A DNA stretch of 64,000 nt from an uncultured Actinomycetes bacterium. GTDB taxonomy: Bacteria > Actinomycetota > Thermoleophilia > Gaiellales > Gaiellaceae. The notes beneath the pieces were generated by a model. That model was not told the DNA's origin. It saw only the letters and a list, made by a program, of their open reading frames with translations, and did no database searches. The stretch lies in assembly GCA_963710125.1 (NCBI GenBank), contig CAVPZH010000016.1, positions 72,915 to 136,914 of the forward strand. Reading direction: 5' to 3'. Position numbers and translations under genes: made by a program. Positions within the stretch are counted from its first letter, which is position 1. Each line of letters begins with the position of its first letter. Shown one piece after another: positions 9,326-18,906 of the stretch.

Positions 9326-9738
9326 TGGCGCTCCGCCGGCTCGACCACGTCCTCGTGCTGACCGACGACCTCGACGCCACACGCGCGCTCTACTGCGACG
9401 TCCTCGGGCTCGAGGTCGGCGAGCGGCCGCCGCTCCCGTTCCCCGGCCACTGGCTGTACCTCGACGGGACCCCTTGCCTCCACGTCGCCGAGCGGGCCGC
9501 GTACGAGGCGCACGCGGCGACGCTCGGCCTGGCGGTCGGCGCTGCTCCCGTCGACCACGTCGCGTTCGCCGCGGAGGACGACGACGGGAGCCTCGCGCGG
9601 CGCCTCGCGGGCGCCGGCGTCCGGGTCACGGAGAACGTCCCGGGCCCCGGCCTGCGCCAGCTGTTCGTCGAGGACCCGAACGGGGTCCGCGTCGAGCTCA
9701 GCGTCGCCGGCGGCGGTCTGGCGGGAGTTGGAGGGTGA
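9322..9738 (+). CDS. VOC (glyoxalase/bleomycin-resistance/dioxygenase) family protein
   Basis: 138 aa with the block LDHVLVLTDDLDATRALYCDVLGLEVG. The start overlaps the upstream stop (alternative ATG at 9325). Confidence 0.8.
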   Translation: MMALRRLDHVLVLTDDLDATRALYCDVLGLEVGERPPLPFPGHWLYLDGTPCLHVAERAAYEAHAATLGLAVGAAPVDHVAFAAEDDDGSLARRLAGAGVRVTENVPGPGLRQLFVEDPNGVRVELSVAGGGLAGVGG

Positions 9739-9814
9739 CGTTAGGTTTGCCGGAGATTCGCGAACGGGAGACGTGCGGCGGCCCGTGCCGCTGCCGAGAT
9801 CGAGAGGAGGCGCG

Positions 9815-10843
9815 GTGCCCGAGAACGGCCTCGACCAGGAGCGCCTGACCTGGATGCTGACCCAGATGACGCGGATCCGCGAGTTCGAGGAGCGGGTCAA
9901 GCGGACCTTCGAGGAGCACCCGGGGGTGATCCGCGGCCACACGCACCTCGCCGACGGCGCCGAGGCGTCGATCGTCGGCTCGATCGCCACGCTGCGGCCG
10001 GACGACCTGCTGCTGACGACGTACCGCTGCCACGGCTACCCGCTCGCCCTCGGCACCGACGCGAAGGCGATGATGGCCGAGATCTACGGCCGCGAGACGG
10101 GGCTCTGCGGGGGCTACGGCGGCTCGATGCACCTGACCGACGTCGGCCGCGGGTTCCTCGGCACATCGGGGATCGTGGGGCAGGGCATCCCGCACGCGGC
10201 GGGCGCCGCCTGGGCGGCGCAGATCCGCGGTCAGGGGCAGGTCGTGCTCTCGTTCTTCGGCGACGGCGCCTCGAAGCAGGGTGCGTTCCACGAGACCATG
10301 AACATCGCCTCGCTGTGGAAGCTGCCCGTCGTGTTCGTGATGGAGAACAACAACTACAACGTCTACACGCGGGTCGAGCAGGAGGACGCGAACGCCGCCG
10401 CGGGCGAGCCGCTCGCGGTCAAGGCGAGGGCGTACAGCATGCCGGGCATCACCGTGGACGGCGGTGACCCCGTCGAGGTGTACGAGCACGTGTCGGCCGC
10501 GGTCGCGCGCGCGCGCTCGGGCGAGGGGCCGACGCTCGTCGAGTCGCGCGTCTACCGCCTGAGCGCGCACGGGAACATCATCGCGCCGCCCGGCGTGCCG
10601 CTCCACTTCCCGGAGCACGAGGCGATCACGGTCTTCGGCAACGCCGAGGAGTACGAGGCGGCGAAGCGGGGCGACCCGGTGCCGCGCTTCCGGGCCCGCC
10701 TCGTGACCGACGGCACGCTGTCCACGGAGGAGGCCGACGCGATCGCCGAGGCCGCACGCACGGAGATGGACGAGGCGGTCGCGTTCGGGCTCTCCAGCCC
10801 GTTTCCGGCCCCCGAGAAGGCCATCGACCACGTCTACGCCTAG
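9815..10843 (+). CDS. Thiamine-diphosphate-dependent dehydrogenase E1 component, alpha subunit (acetoin/pyruvate/2-oxoacid type)
   Basis: TPP motif GDGASKQG...VVFVMENNNYN. The GTG at 9815 is preceded by GAGGAGG. The longer ORF start at 9728 looks like upstream read-through. Confidence 0.85.
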   Translation: MPENGLDQERLTWMLTQMTRIREFEERVKRTFEEHPGVIRGHTHLADGAEASIVGSIATLRPDDLLLTTYRCHGYPLALGTDAKAMMAEIYGRETGLCGGYGGSMHLTDVGRGFLGTSGIVGQGIPHAAGAAWAAQIRGQGQVVLSFFGDGASKQGAFHETMNIASLWKLPVVFVMENNNYNVYTRVEQEDANAAAGEPLAVKARAYSMPGITVDGGDPVEVYEHVSAAVARARSGEGPTLVESRVYRLSAHGNIIAPPGVPLHFPEHEAITVFGNAEEYEAAKRGDPVPRFRARLVTDGTLSTEEADAIAEAARTEMDEAVAFGLSSPFPAPEKAIDHVYA

Positions 10844-10857
10844 GAGAGAAGGATCCG

Positions 10858-11838
10858 ATGCCACGCGAGCTTCCGTACATCGCCGCCATCGGCGAGGCGG
10901 TCCACCAGGAGATGGAGCGCGACCCCACCGTCCTCTACTTCGGGCAGAACCTCGCGACGAGCGACGAGGACCCGTTCCTGCAGGCCTTCGGCGCGGACCG
11001 TGTCCGCGTCACGCCCATCTCCGAGACCGCCGAGATCGGGATGGCGGTGGGCGCCGCCTTCGCCGGCTACCGGCCGGTCGTGCAGCTGTACATGGCCGAG
11101 TTCATGCTCGTGGCGATGGACCAGGTCGTGAACGAGGCGCCCCGTTTCCACTACATGACGGCGGGCCAGGTGACGGTGCCGATCGTGCTCCAGGCGGGCT
11201 ACGGCTTCACCGCCGGCTGGGCCGGGCAGCACACCGGCTCGATCTACGGGATGTTCATGGGCGTGCCGGGGCTGAAGGTCGCGGTGCCGGCCACGCCCGC
11301 GGAGGCCAAGGGCCTGATGACCGCGTCGATCCGCGACGACAACCCCGTCGTCTTCTTCCACCACTACCTGCTGACGCTCGAGCACGGCGACGTGCCGGAG
11401 GGCGAGCACGTCGTGCCGCTCGGCGAGGCCGCGGTCGTCCGTGAGGGCGGCGACGTCACGATCGTCGCGATCGGATGGCTCGTCGGCAAGGCGCTCGCGG
11501 CGGCCGAGCAGCTTGCGGCCGAGGGGATCGCGGCGGAGGTGATCGACCCGCGCACGCTCGCGCCGCTCGACACCCGGACGATCCTCGAGTCGGTCGCGAA
11601 GACCGGGAAGCTCGTCGTCGTCGACCAGTCGACGCGGCACGGGTCGGCCGCCGCGGTGATCGCCGCCGAGGCCGCGTCCGAGGGGTTCTCGGCGCTGAAG
11701 GCCCCGATCGGGCTCGTCACCGCGCTCGATGCGACGATTCCCTACAGCCAGCCGATGGAGGAGTACCTCCTGCCGGACGAGGCGAAGATCGTCGCCGCGG
11801 TACAGCAGGCCGTCGGCTCGGCGCCGGTCGCGGCCTGA
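10858..11838 (+). CDS. E1 component beta subunit (transketolase-like pyrimidine-binding and C-terminal domains)
   Basis: 326 aa with typical blocks (..RVTPISETAEIGMAVGAAFAGYRPVV.., ..DPRTLAPLD..). It starts 15 nt after the alpha subunit gene. Confidence 0.9.
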   Translation: MPRELPYIAAIGEAVHQEMERDPTVLYFGQNLATSDEDPFLQAFGADRVRVTPISETAEIGMAVGAAFAGYRPVVQLYMAEFMLVAMDQVVNEAPRFHYMTAGQVTVPIVLQAGYGFTAGWAGQHTGSIYGMFMGVPGLKVAVPATPAEAKGLMTASIRDDNPVVFFHHYLLTLEHGDVPEGEHVVPLGEAAVVREGGDVTIVAIGWLVGKALAAAEQLAAEGIAAEVIDPRTLAPLDTRTILESVAKTGKLVVVDQSTRHGSAAAVIAAEAASEGFSALKAPIGLVTALDATIPYSQPMEEYLLPDEAKIVAAVQQAVGSAPVAA

Positions 11839-11860
11839 TGCAGACGATAGGCTCGCGCGC

Positions 11861-14130
11861 ATGAGCATCCTCGGCAACCGCGTGCTCCGGGTGGAGGATC
11901 CCCGTTTCCTCAGGGGCGAGGGCCGTTACCTCGAGAACATGCCGCTCGAGGGCGCGCTCGCCGTCACGTTCGTCCGCTCGCCGTTCGCGCACGCACGGAT
12001 CGCGGGTCTCGACGCGTCGGCCGCGGAGGCGCTCCCGGACGTCCGGGTCTTCACCGGCGCGGACGTGGACGCGCCGCCGTTCGGCCCGCCGCCGTACTGG
12101 AACATCAACCCGGGCATGGCGCGGCCGCTCGTGGCGGGCGACGTCGTCCGCTTCGCGGGCGAGATCGTCGCGGTCGTCGTCAGCGACGACCGAACGTCCG
12201 GCGCCGACGCGGCCGAGCTCGTGCTGGTCGACTACGACCCGCTGCCCGTCGTGCTCTCGGCGGAGGAGTCGCTGGCGGGCGATGCGCTGCTCTTCCCCGA
12301 GGTCGGGACGAACGTCGCGAACTTCCCCGAGCCGGACCTGGAGGAGCTCGACGAGAGCCTCTTCGAGGGCTGTGAGGTGGTCGTCTCGGACACGTTCTGG
12401 AGCCAGCGGATGTCCGCCGCTCCCATGGAGCCGCGCTCGGCGGCCGCCCAGGTGGACGACGACGGCCGGTTGACGTATTGGAGCACGACACAGATTCCTC
12501 ACACCGACAGGATGATCCTCGCCGGCATGCTCGGGCTCGACCCGGGCCACGTACGCGTCGTGAGCCAGGACGTCGGGGGCGCCTTCGGTGCGAAGACGCT
12601 GGAGCCCGAAGGCGTGCTCGTCGCGTGGCTCGCTCGGCGACTCGGACGGCCGGTGCGGTGGACCGAGACGCGGACCGAGAGCATGCTGGGGCTCCTCCAC
12701 GGACGGGCGCAGCGCCTCGAGGTGACGCTCGGAGGGACGCGCGACGGGAAGCTGCTCGCCTACCGCCTCCAGGTGCTTGCCGACGCCGGCGCCTACCCGA
12801 TTCTCGGGGCATACCTCCCGAACCTCACCGCGCTGATGGCGAGCGAGGTGTACGCGATTCCGAAGGTCGAGGTCAAGACGGTGTCGGTCGCGACGAACGC
12901 GACGCCGACGACCTCCATTCGCGGCGCCGGACGCCCGGAGGCCGCGCAGGCGATGGAGCGGGCGGTCGACCTCTTTGCCGCCGAGGCGGGCATCGACCCG
13001 GCGGAGCTCCGGCGGCAGAACTTCGTCGCGAGGGACGCGTTCCCGTACACGACCCCGACCGGCGCGACGTACGACTCGGGCGACTACGAGGGCGCGCTCG
13101 ACCTGGCGCTCCGCTCGGCCGGGTACGACGAGCTGCGCGAGGAGCAGCGGCGCCGTCGCGCGGAGGGAGGGCCGATCGAGCTGGGGATCGGGCTGGCTGC
13201 CTACGCGGAGATCACGAACGGGATCGGCGAGACGGAGTTCGGCGAGGTCGAGATCACCGCCGACGGCGGCGCGATCCTCCGCACGGGCTCGTTCTCCCAC
13301 GGCCAGGGGCACGAGACGACGTTCGCGATGATCGTCGCGGAGCGGCTGGGAATCCCGGTCGAACGCGTGACCGTGATCAAGGGCGACACGGCCCAGGTGC
13401 CGCAGGGGGCCGGGACGTTCGGATCCAAGTCCACGCAGATCGGGGGAGTGGCCGGGCGCCTTGCCGCGGACGCGGTCGTCGAGCGGGCGAAGGGACTCGT
13501 CGCCGACTATCTCGAGGCGAGCACGGCCGACGTGGTGCTCGACCTCGGCAGAGGCACCTTCCACGTCGCCGGCACCCCTGAGCCGTCACTCGCCTGGGGC
13601 GACCTCGCCTCGCGTGCCGCAGCGGACGGAAGGCTTTCCGAGCTCACGGTCTCGCACGAGTTCCGGGGGCTGCCCACCTTCCCCTTCGGCGTCCACGTCG
13701 CGGTCGTCGAGGTCGACACGGAGACCGGCAAGGTCGAGCTCAGGCGCCACGTCGCGGTCGACGATGCCGGCACGCTGATCAACCCGGTCGTCGCCGACGG
13801 CCAGGTGCACGGCGGCATCGCGTTCGGCGTCGGCCAGGCGCTGTACGAGGAGGTCGTCTACGGCGAGGACGGCTATCCGCTGACAGACACGTTCGTCGGC
13901 TACGCGTTCCCGTCGGCCGCCGAGCTGCCCTCCTTCGAGCGCGTCGAGATGGTGACGCCGACGCCCCTGAACGTGCTCGGCGTGAAGGGGATCGGCGAGT
14001 CGGGCACGGTCGGCGCGACGCCGGCGGTGCACAACGCGGTCATCGACGCGCTCCTGCCGCACGGCGTCCGTCACGTCGACCTGCCCTGCAACGGCGAGAA
14101 CGTCTGGAAGGCGCTCGAGGAGGCGAGGGC

Positions 14131-14134
<4 letters not shown>
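11861..14134 (+). CDS. Xanthine-dehydrogenase-family molybdopterin-binding large subunit (CoxL-like)
   Basis: N-terminus [27 protein letters not shown].. and an active-site-loop region ..[11 protein letters not shown].. Length is about 757 aa. The stop overlaps the next gene (ATGA). Confidence 0.9.
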
Positions 14135-14591
<457 letters not shown>

Positions 14592-14595
<4 letters not shown>

Positions 14596-15398
14596 TCCCC
14601 GCCGGGTTCGAGTACGCGCGAGCGAGCTCGGTCGAGCACGCGATCGAGCTGCTCGGCGACGAGGATGCGAAGCTCCTCGCCGGCGGCCACTCCCTGATCC
14701 CCATGCTGCGCCTGCGGTTCGCACGGCCCTCGCTCCTCGTCGACATCGGGCGGCTCGCCGACCTCCGCTACGTCCGCGAGGACGGCGACCGGATCGCGAT
14801 CGGCGCGCTCACGCGGCACGCCGACCTTGCGCGCGACCCCGTGCTGAAGGAGCGGTGCCCACTCGTCGCGCAGGTCGCCGAGGGCATCGGCGACCCCCAG
14901 GTCCGCCATCGCGGCACGATCGGCGGCTCCGTCGCCCACGCCGACCCGGCGTCCGACATGGCGACGCTCATGGTCACGCTCGGCGCGGAGCTCGTCGCAC
15001 GCGGGCCGGACGGCGAGCGCACGATCGCGGCGGACGGCTTCTTCCACGGGCCGTTCGCGTCCGCGCTCGCACCGCGCGAGGTGCTCACCGAGCTCCGCGT
15101 GCCGACCGTCGCGGACGGCGTGTACCTCAAGCACGTGCGGCGGGCCCAGGACTGGGCGCTCGTCGGGGTCGCGGTCGCGCGCGTCGACGGCGCCACGCGC
15201 GTCGGGCTGACCAGCATGGGCGCGACACCCCTTCGCGCGTCGGGGGTCGAGGACGCGCTGGCGGGAGGCGCGTCGCCGGCGGAGGCGGCGTCCCGCGCCG
15301 GCGAGGGAACAGAGCCGCCGAGCGACGTGCAGGGCAGCGCCGCCTACCGCACGCATCTCGCCGAGGTGCTCGTGCGCCGGGCGCTCGAGCGGCTCTGA
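14592..15398 (+). CDS. FAD-binding medium subunit of the Mo-hydroxylase (CoxM-like)
   Basis: The GTG at 14592 overlaps the upstream stop. It has the block [25 protein letters not shown]. Confidence 0.9.
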
Positions 15399-15411
15399 GC
15401 CGCCGCCGGCC

Positions 15412-16212
15412 GTGACGGCCCGGGGGCAGAGCTCGACGACCGTGGGCCCGACGTTCGCGGTGCTCGGTCTGGGCGAGGCGGGAGGCCGACTCGCCGCCGA
15501 CCTCTCGGCCGCGGGCGCACGCGTCCGGGGCTACGACCCGGACGACGCGCGTGGCGAGGGCATCGCGGACCGGGCCCCCGATCCCGTCTCGGCGGTGGCG
15601 GAGCGCGACGTCGTGCTCAGCCTCACGGCGGCTGCGGTCGCGCTCGAGGCAGCCCGCTCCGCGCTGCCCGGCCTCCGGCCCGGCGCGATCTACGCAGACC
15701 TCAACACCGGTACACCGGAGTTGAAGCGGCTGCTCGCCGAGGCCGTCGCGACGGCCGGAGGAAGGTTCGTCGACGTCGCGCTGCTGGGGCCGGTGCCCGC
15801 ACGAGGCCTGCGCACCCCCGCGCTGGCGGCAGGCCCCGCCGCGCGGGACTTCGCGGACACGCTGGGCCGACTCGGGATGCCCGTCGAGGTGGTCTCCGAG
15901 CACCCGGGCGACGCCGCTGCGCTGAAGCTGCTTCGCTCCGTCTTCATGAAGGGCCTCGCCGCGGCGGCGATCGAGAGCCTGGACGCGGCCGAGGCGGCCG
16001 GGCACCGGGCGTGGCTCGAGGGCGAGATCGCGGAGGTGATCGGTCGTCCGCTCCTCGAGCGGCTCCTCACCGGCAGCCGGACGCACGCGGCCCGCCGGGC
16101 GGACGAGATGGACGCCGCCCGCGAGCTGCTGCTCGGCCTGGGGGTGGAGCCGCGCATCGCCTCGGCGAGCGCGGCGCTGCTCGCCGAGCTGGCAGGGCGC
16201 GCCTCCCGATAG
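15412..16212 (+). CDS. NAD(P)-binding oxidoreductase, 6-phosphogluconate-dehydrogenase-like N-terminal domain
   Basis: Rossmann start FAVLGLGEAGGRLAADL and good GC3 codon usage. The specific function is not recognisable. Confidence 0.7.
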   Translation: MTARGQSSTTVGPTFAVLGLGEAGGRLAADLSAAGARVRGYDPDDARGEGIADRAPDPVSAVAERDVVLSLTAAAVALEAARSALPGLRPGAIYADLNTGTPELKRLLAEAVATAGGRFVDVALLGPVPARGLRTPALAAGPAARDFADTLGRLGMPVEVVSEHPGDAAALKLLRSVFMKGLAAAAIESLDAAEAAGHRAWLEGEIAEVIGRPLLERLLTGSRTHAARRADEMDAARELLLGLGVEPRIASASAALLAELAGRASR

Positions 16213-16265
16213 TGGTCGCTCGCTGTCAAGCGGGGCCCGCGAAGCCGAGCGATAGTGTCGCCGAG

Positions 16266-17228
16266 ATGACCGAGATCCTGCACGACGTCGCCCGGATCGC
16301 CCATGCCGAGCTCCTGACCCCGACGCCGGAGGAGAGCCTCCGCTTCTTCGTCGACGTGCTCGGCATGGAGGAGGAGTCACGCGACGGGGCATCCGTCTAC
16401 CTGCGCGGCTGGGGCGACTACCTGCGCTACAGCCTGAAGCTCACCGAGGCGCCGCAGCCCGGGCTCGGCCACCTCGCGCTCCGTGCGTGGAGCCCGGAGG
16501 CGCTCGACCGCCGGGTCGCGGCGATCGAGGCAACCGGCCTGGGTCGGGGCTGGGTGGAGGGGGACGTCGGCCACGGGCCCGCGTACCGCTTCACCGATCC
16601 CGACGGCCATCTCTTCGAGCTCTTCTACGAGGCCGAGCGGTACGTCCCGCCCGAGCATCTGCGTCCCTCGTGGAGGAACCAGCCCCAGCGCTACGTCGGG
16701 CGCGGGGCCGGCGTGAAGCGGCTCGACCACGTCAACGTCCTCGCCGCGGACGTGCGCGCGAACCGCACGTTCGCCCAGGACGTCCTCGGCTACCGGCTCT
16801 ACGAGCGGATCGAGCTCGACGACGGCACCGAGACGGGCGCCTGGCTGAGCCTCTCGATCGCCGCGCACGAGCTGATCTACGTGGAGGACGCGTACGGCGC
16901 CTCGGGCAGGCTGCACCACCTCGCGTTCTGGGTCGACACGCGCGAGGAGTGCCTGCGCGCGGCCGACCTGTTCGTCGACAACGACGTCTACATCGAAGCC
17001 GCCCCCTCGAAGCACGCCGTCGCCGCCGGATTCTTCCTCTACGCCTACGAGCCGGGCGGGAACCGGATCGAGGTCACGACCGGCGGCTACTTCGTCTACG
17101 ACCCGGACTTCGAGCCGACCGTGTGGACGGCGGCCGAGCGCGCGCGGGGGCAGTTCTGGGGCGTGCACACGATCGAGAGCTTCCACACGTACGGCACCCC
17201 TCCGGTCGAGCCACCGGCGTCACGATGA
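16266..17228 (+). CDS. Two-domain extradiol ring-cleavage dioxygenase (catechol 2,3-dioxygenase type, VOC superfamily)
   Basis: 320 aa with blocks HAELLTPTPEESLRFFVDVLGM, LGHLALR, RLDHVNVLA, GRLHHLAFWVD and YAYEPGGNRIE. Confidence 0.9.
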   Translation: MTEILHDVARIAHAELLTPTPEESLRFFVDVLGMEEESRDGASVYLRGWGDYLRYSLKLTEAPQPGLGHLALRAWSPEALDRRVAAIEATGLGRGWVEGDVGHGPAYRFTDPDGHLFELFYEAERYVPPEHLRPSWRNQPQRYVGRGAGVKRLDHVNVLAADVRANRTFAQDVLGYRLYERIELDDGTETGAWLSLSIAAHELIYVEDAYGASGRLHHLAFWVDTREECLRAADLFVDNDVYIEAAPSKHAVAAGFFLYAYEPGGNRIEVTTGGYFVYDPDFEPTVWTAAERARGQFWGVHTIESFHTYGTPPVEPPASR

Positions 17229-18817
17229 GCGCGATCGTCCCCCTCCGCGAACTGCTCGCCCAGCCGGAGCGATTCGTGGTCGCCGCCGAGATCGTCACCA
17301 GCCGCGGACTGATCTCGGCCGACGGGGGCGCGCGGGTGCTCGAGCTCTCGCGCGCGCTCGCCGCCGATCCACGGGTCGACGTGCTCTCGATCACCGACAA
17401 CCCGGGCGGCCACGCGATGCTGGCACCCGACGCGCTCGGGACGGACATGATCTCGCGCGGCCAGGAGGTGATCATCCACCTCGCGTGCAAGGACTGGAAC
17501 CGGAACGCACTCGAGAGCCGCGGCTGGCAACTCGCCTCGCAGGGATTCCACAACGTGCTCGCGCTCTCCGGCGACTACCCGGTCGCCGGGCACCGCGGGC
17601 TCGCCGCGCCGGTGTTCGACATCGACTCGGTCGGCCTCCTCAACCTCCTCTCCGAGATGAACGCCGGGCTGCGCGACGAGCGGCGGCCTGAGACGAGGCT
17701 CGAGCAGACGGACTTCCTCCTCGGGTGCGTGGTCACGAACCACAAGCGCCACGAGCGGGAGGTGATGCCCCAGTACTTCAAGCTCCGGCGGAAGGCGCAG
17801 GCCGGGGCACGCTTCGTCGTCAACCAGATCGGCTGGGACGTGCGCAAGGACGACGAGCTGCTCCGCTGGATCCGCCGCGACGGCCTGCCGCTCACGGCGA
17901 TCGCGAACGTGTACCTCCTCTCCCCCCCGGCCGCCCGGGCGTTTCGCAGCGGCAAGATCCCGGGCGTGGTCGTCAGCGACCCGCTGCTCGAGCTCGCGGA
18001 GCGGCACGGCGCCAGCCCGGACAAGGGCCGGGCGTTCTTCGTCGAGCTGGCCGCGAAGCACATCGCGATCGTGCGCGGGCTCGGCTACCACGGCGTCTAC
18101 CTCGGGGGGCACATGCCGGCAGAGACGTTCGGCGAGATCCTCGACCTCGCGGCGACCTTCGCGGACGACTGGCGCGCGCTCGTGCGCGAGATCCGGTACC
18201 CGCTGCCCGGCGAGTTCTACCTCTTCGAGGAGGAGCCGGACAGCGGCCTCTCGTCCGAGCGCGTGAACGCCGCCTACCTCCAGTCGAAGCGCCGACGGCG
18301 CACCGACCTGCGGGTGCCGCTCTCGTACCGCTTCAGCCGGCGCGTGCACGAGAAGGTCTTCGCGAGCGACGCACCGCTGCGCCCGGCCGCCCGGAGCGTC
18401 TACCGGGGGCTCGACTCGGCCCCCCGCCCCGTGCGCCGAGCGGCGCACGCGCTCGAGCAGGCGGCCAAGGTGCCGCTCTTCTCGTGCCGGGACTGCGGCG
18501 ACTGCTCGCTTGCGGAGATCGCGTACGTGTGCCCGGAGTCCCAGTGCGCGAAGAACCAGCGCAACGGCCCCTGCGGCGGCACGCGGGACGGGCTCTGCGA
18601 GGTCTACGACACGGAGTGCATCTGGTCGCAGGCGTACGAGCGGCTCAAGGCATACGGCGAGGAGGAGGAGATGCTGGACGGTCCGGTCGTGGTCAAGGAC
18701 AACGCGCTCGCGGGGACGAGCGCCTGGGCGAACACCTTCCTCGGCCGTGACCACCAGGCCCGAGCGCCGAAGGAGGAGCAGGAGCAGCGAGCCGGCCGGG
18801 AGCGGCCGCTGGAATAA
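17225..18817 (+). CDS. Methylenetetrahydrofolate-reductase-like protein fused to a Cys-rich MTHFR C-terminal (MetV-like) module
   Basis: The ATG overlaps the dioxygenase stop (ATGA). The N-terminal half is MTHFR-like (..DVLSITDNPGG.., ..LACKDWNRNALES.., ..NVLALSGDYP..). The C-terminal part carries CRDCGDCSLAEIAYVCPESQCAKNQRNGPCGG. Confidence 0.85.
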   Translation: MSAIVPLRELLAQPERFVVAAEIVTSRGLISADGGARVLELSRALAADPRVDVLSITDNPGGHAMLAPDALGTDMISRGQEVIIHLACKDWNRNALESRGWQLASQGFHNVLALSGDYPVAGHRGLAAPVFDIDSVGLLNLLSEMNAGLRDERRPETRLEQTDFLLGCVVTNHKRHEREVMPQYFKLRRKAQAGARFVVNQIGWDVRKDDELLRWIRRDGLPLTAIANVYLLSPPAARAFRSGKIPGVVVSDPLLELAERHGASPDKGRAFFVELAAKHIAIVRGLGYHGVYLGGHMPAETFGEILDLAATFADDWRALVREIRYPLPGEFYLFEEEPDSGLSSERVNAAYLQSKRRRRTDLRVPLSYRFSRRVHEKVFASDAPLRPAARSVYRGLDSAPRPVRRAAHALEQAAKVPLFSCRDCGDCSLAEIAYVCPESQCAKNQRNGPCGGTRDGLCEVYDTECIWSQAYERLKAYGEEEEMLDGPVVVKDNALAGTSAWANTFLGRDHQARAPKEEQEQRAGRERPLE

Positions 18818-18906
18818 CATCGTCGGAGGCGCCACGCGGGCACGGACGGACGAGGCCGCGGAGTGCCGACCACGCGACTGGTCATTTCACGAGGAGGTAC
18901 GAGGAC

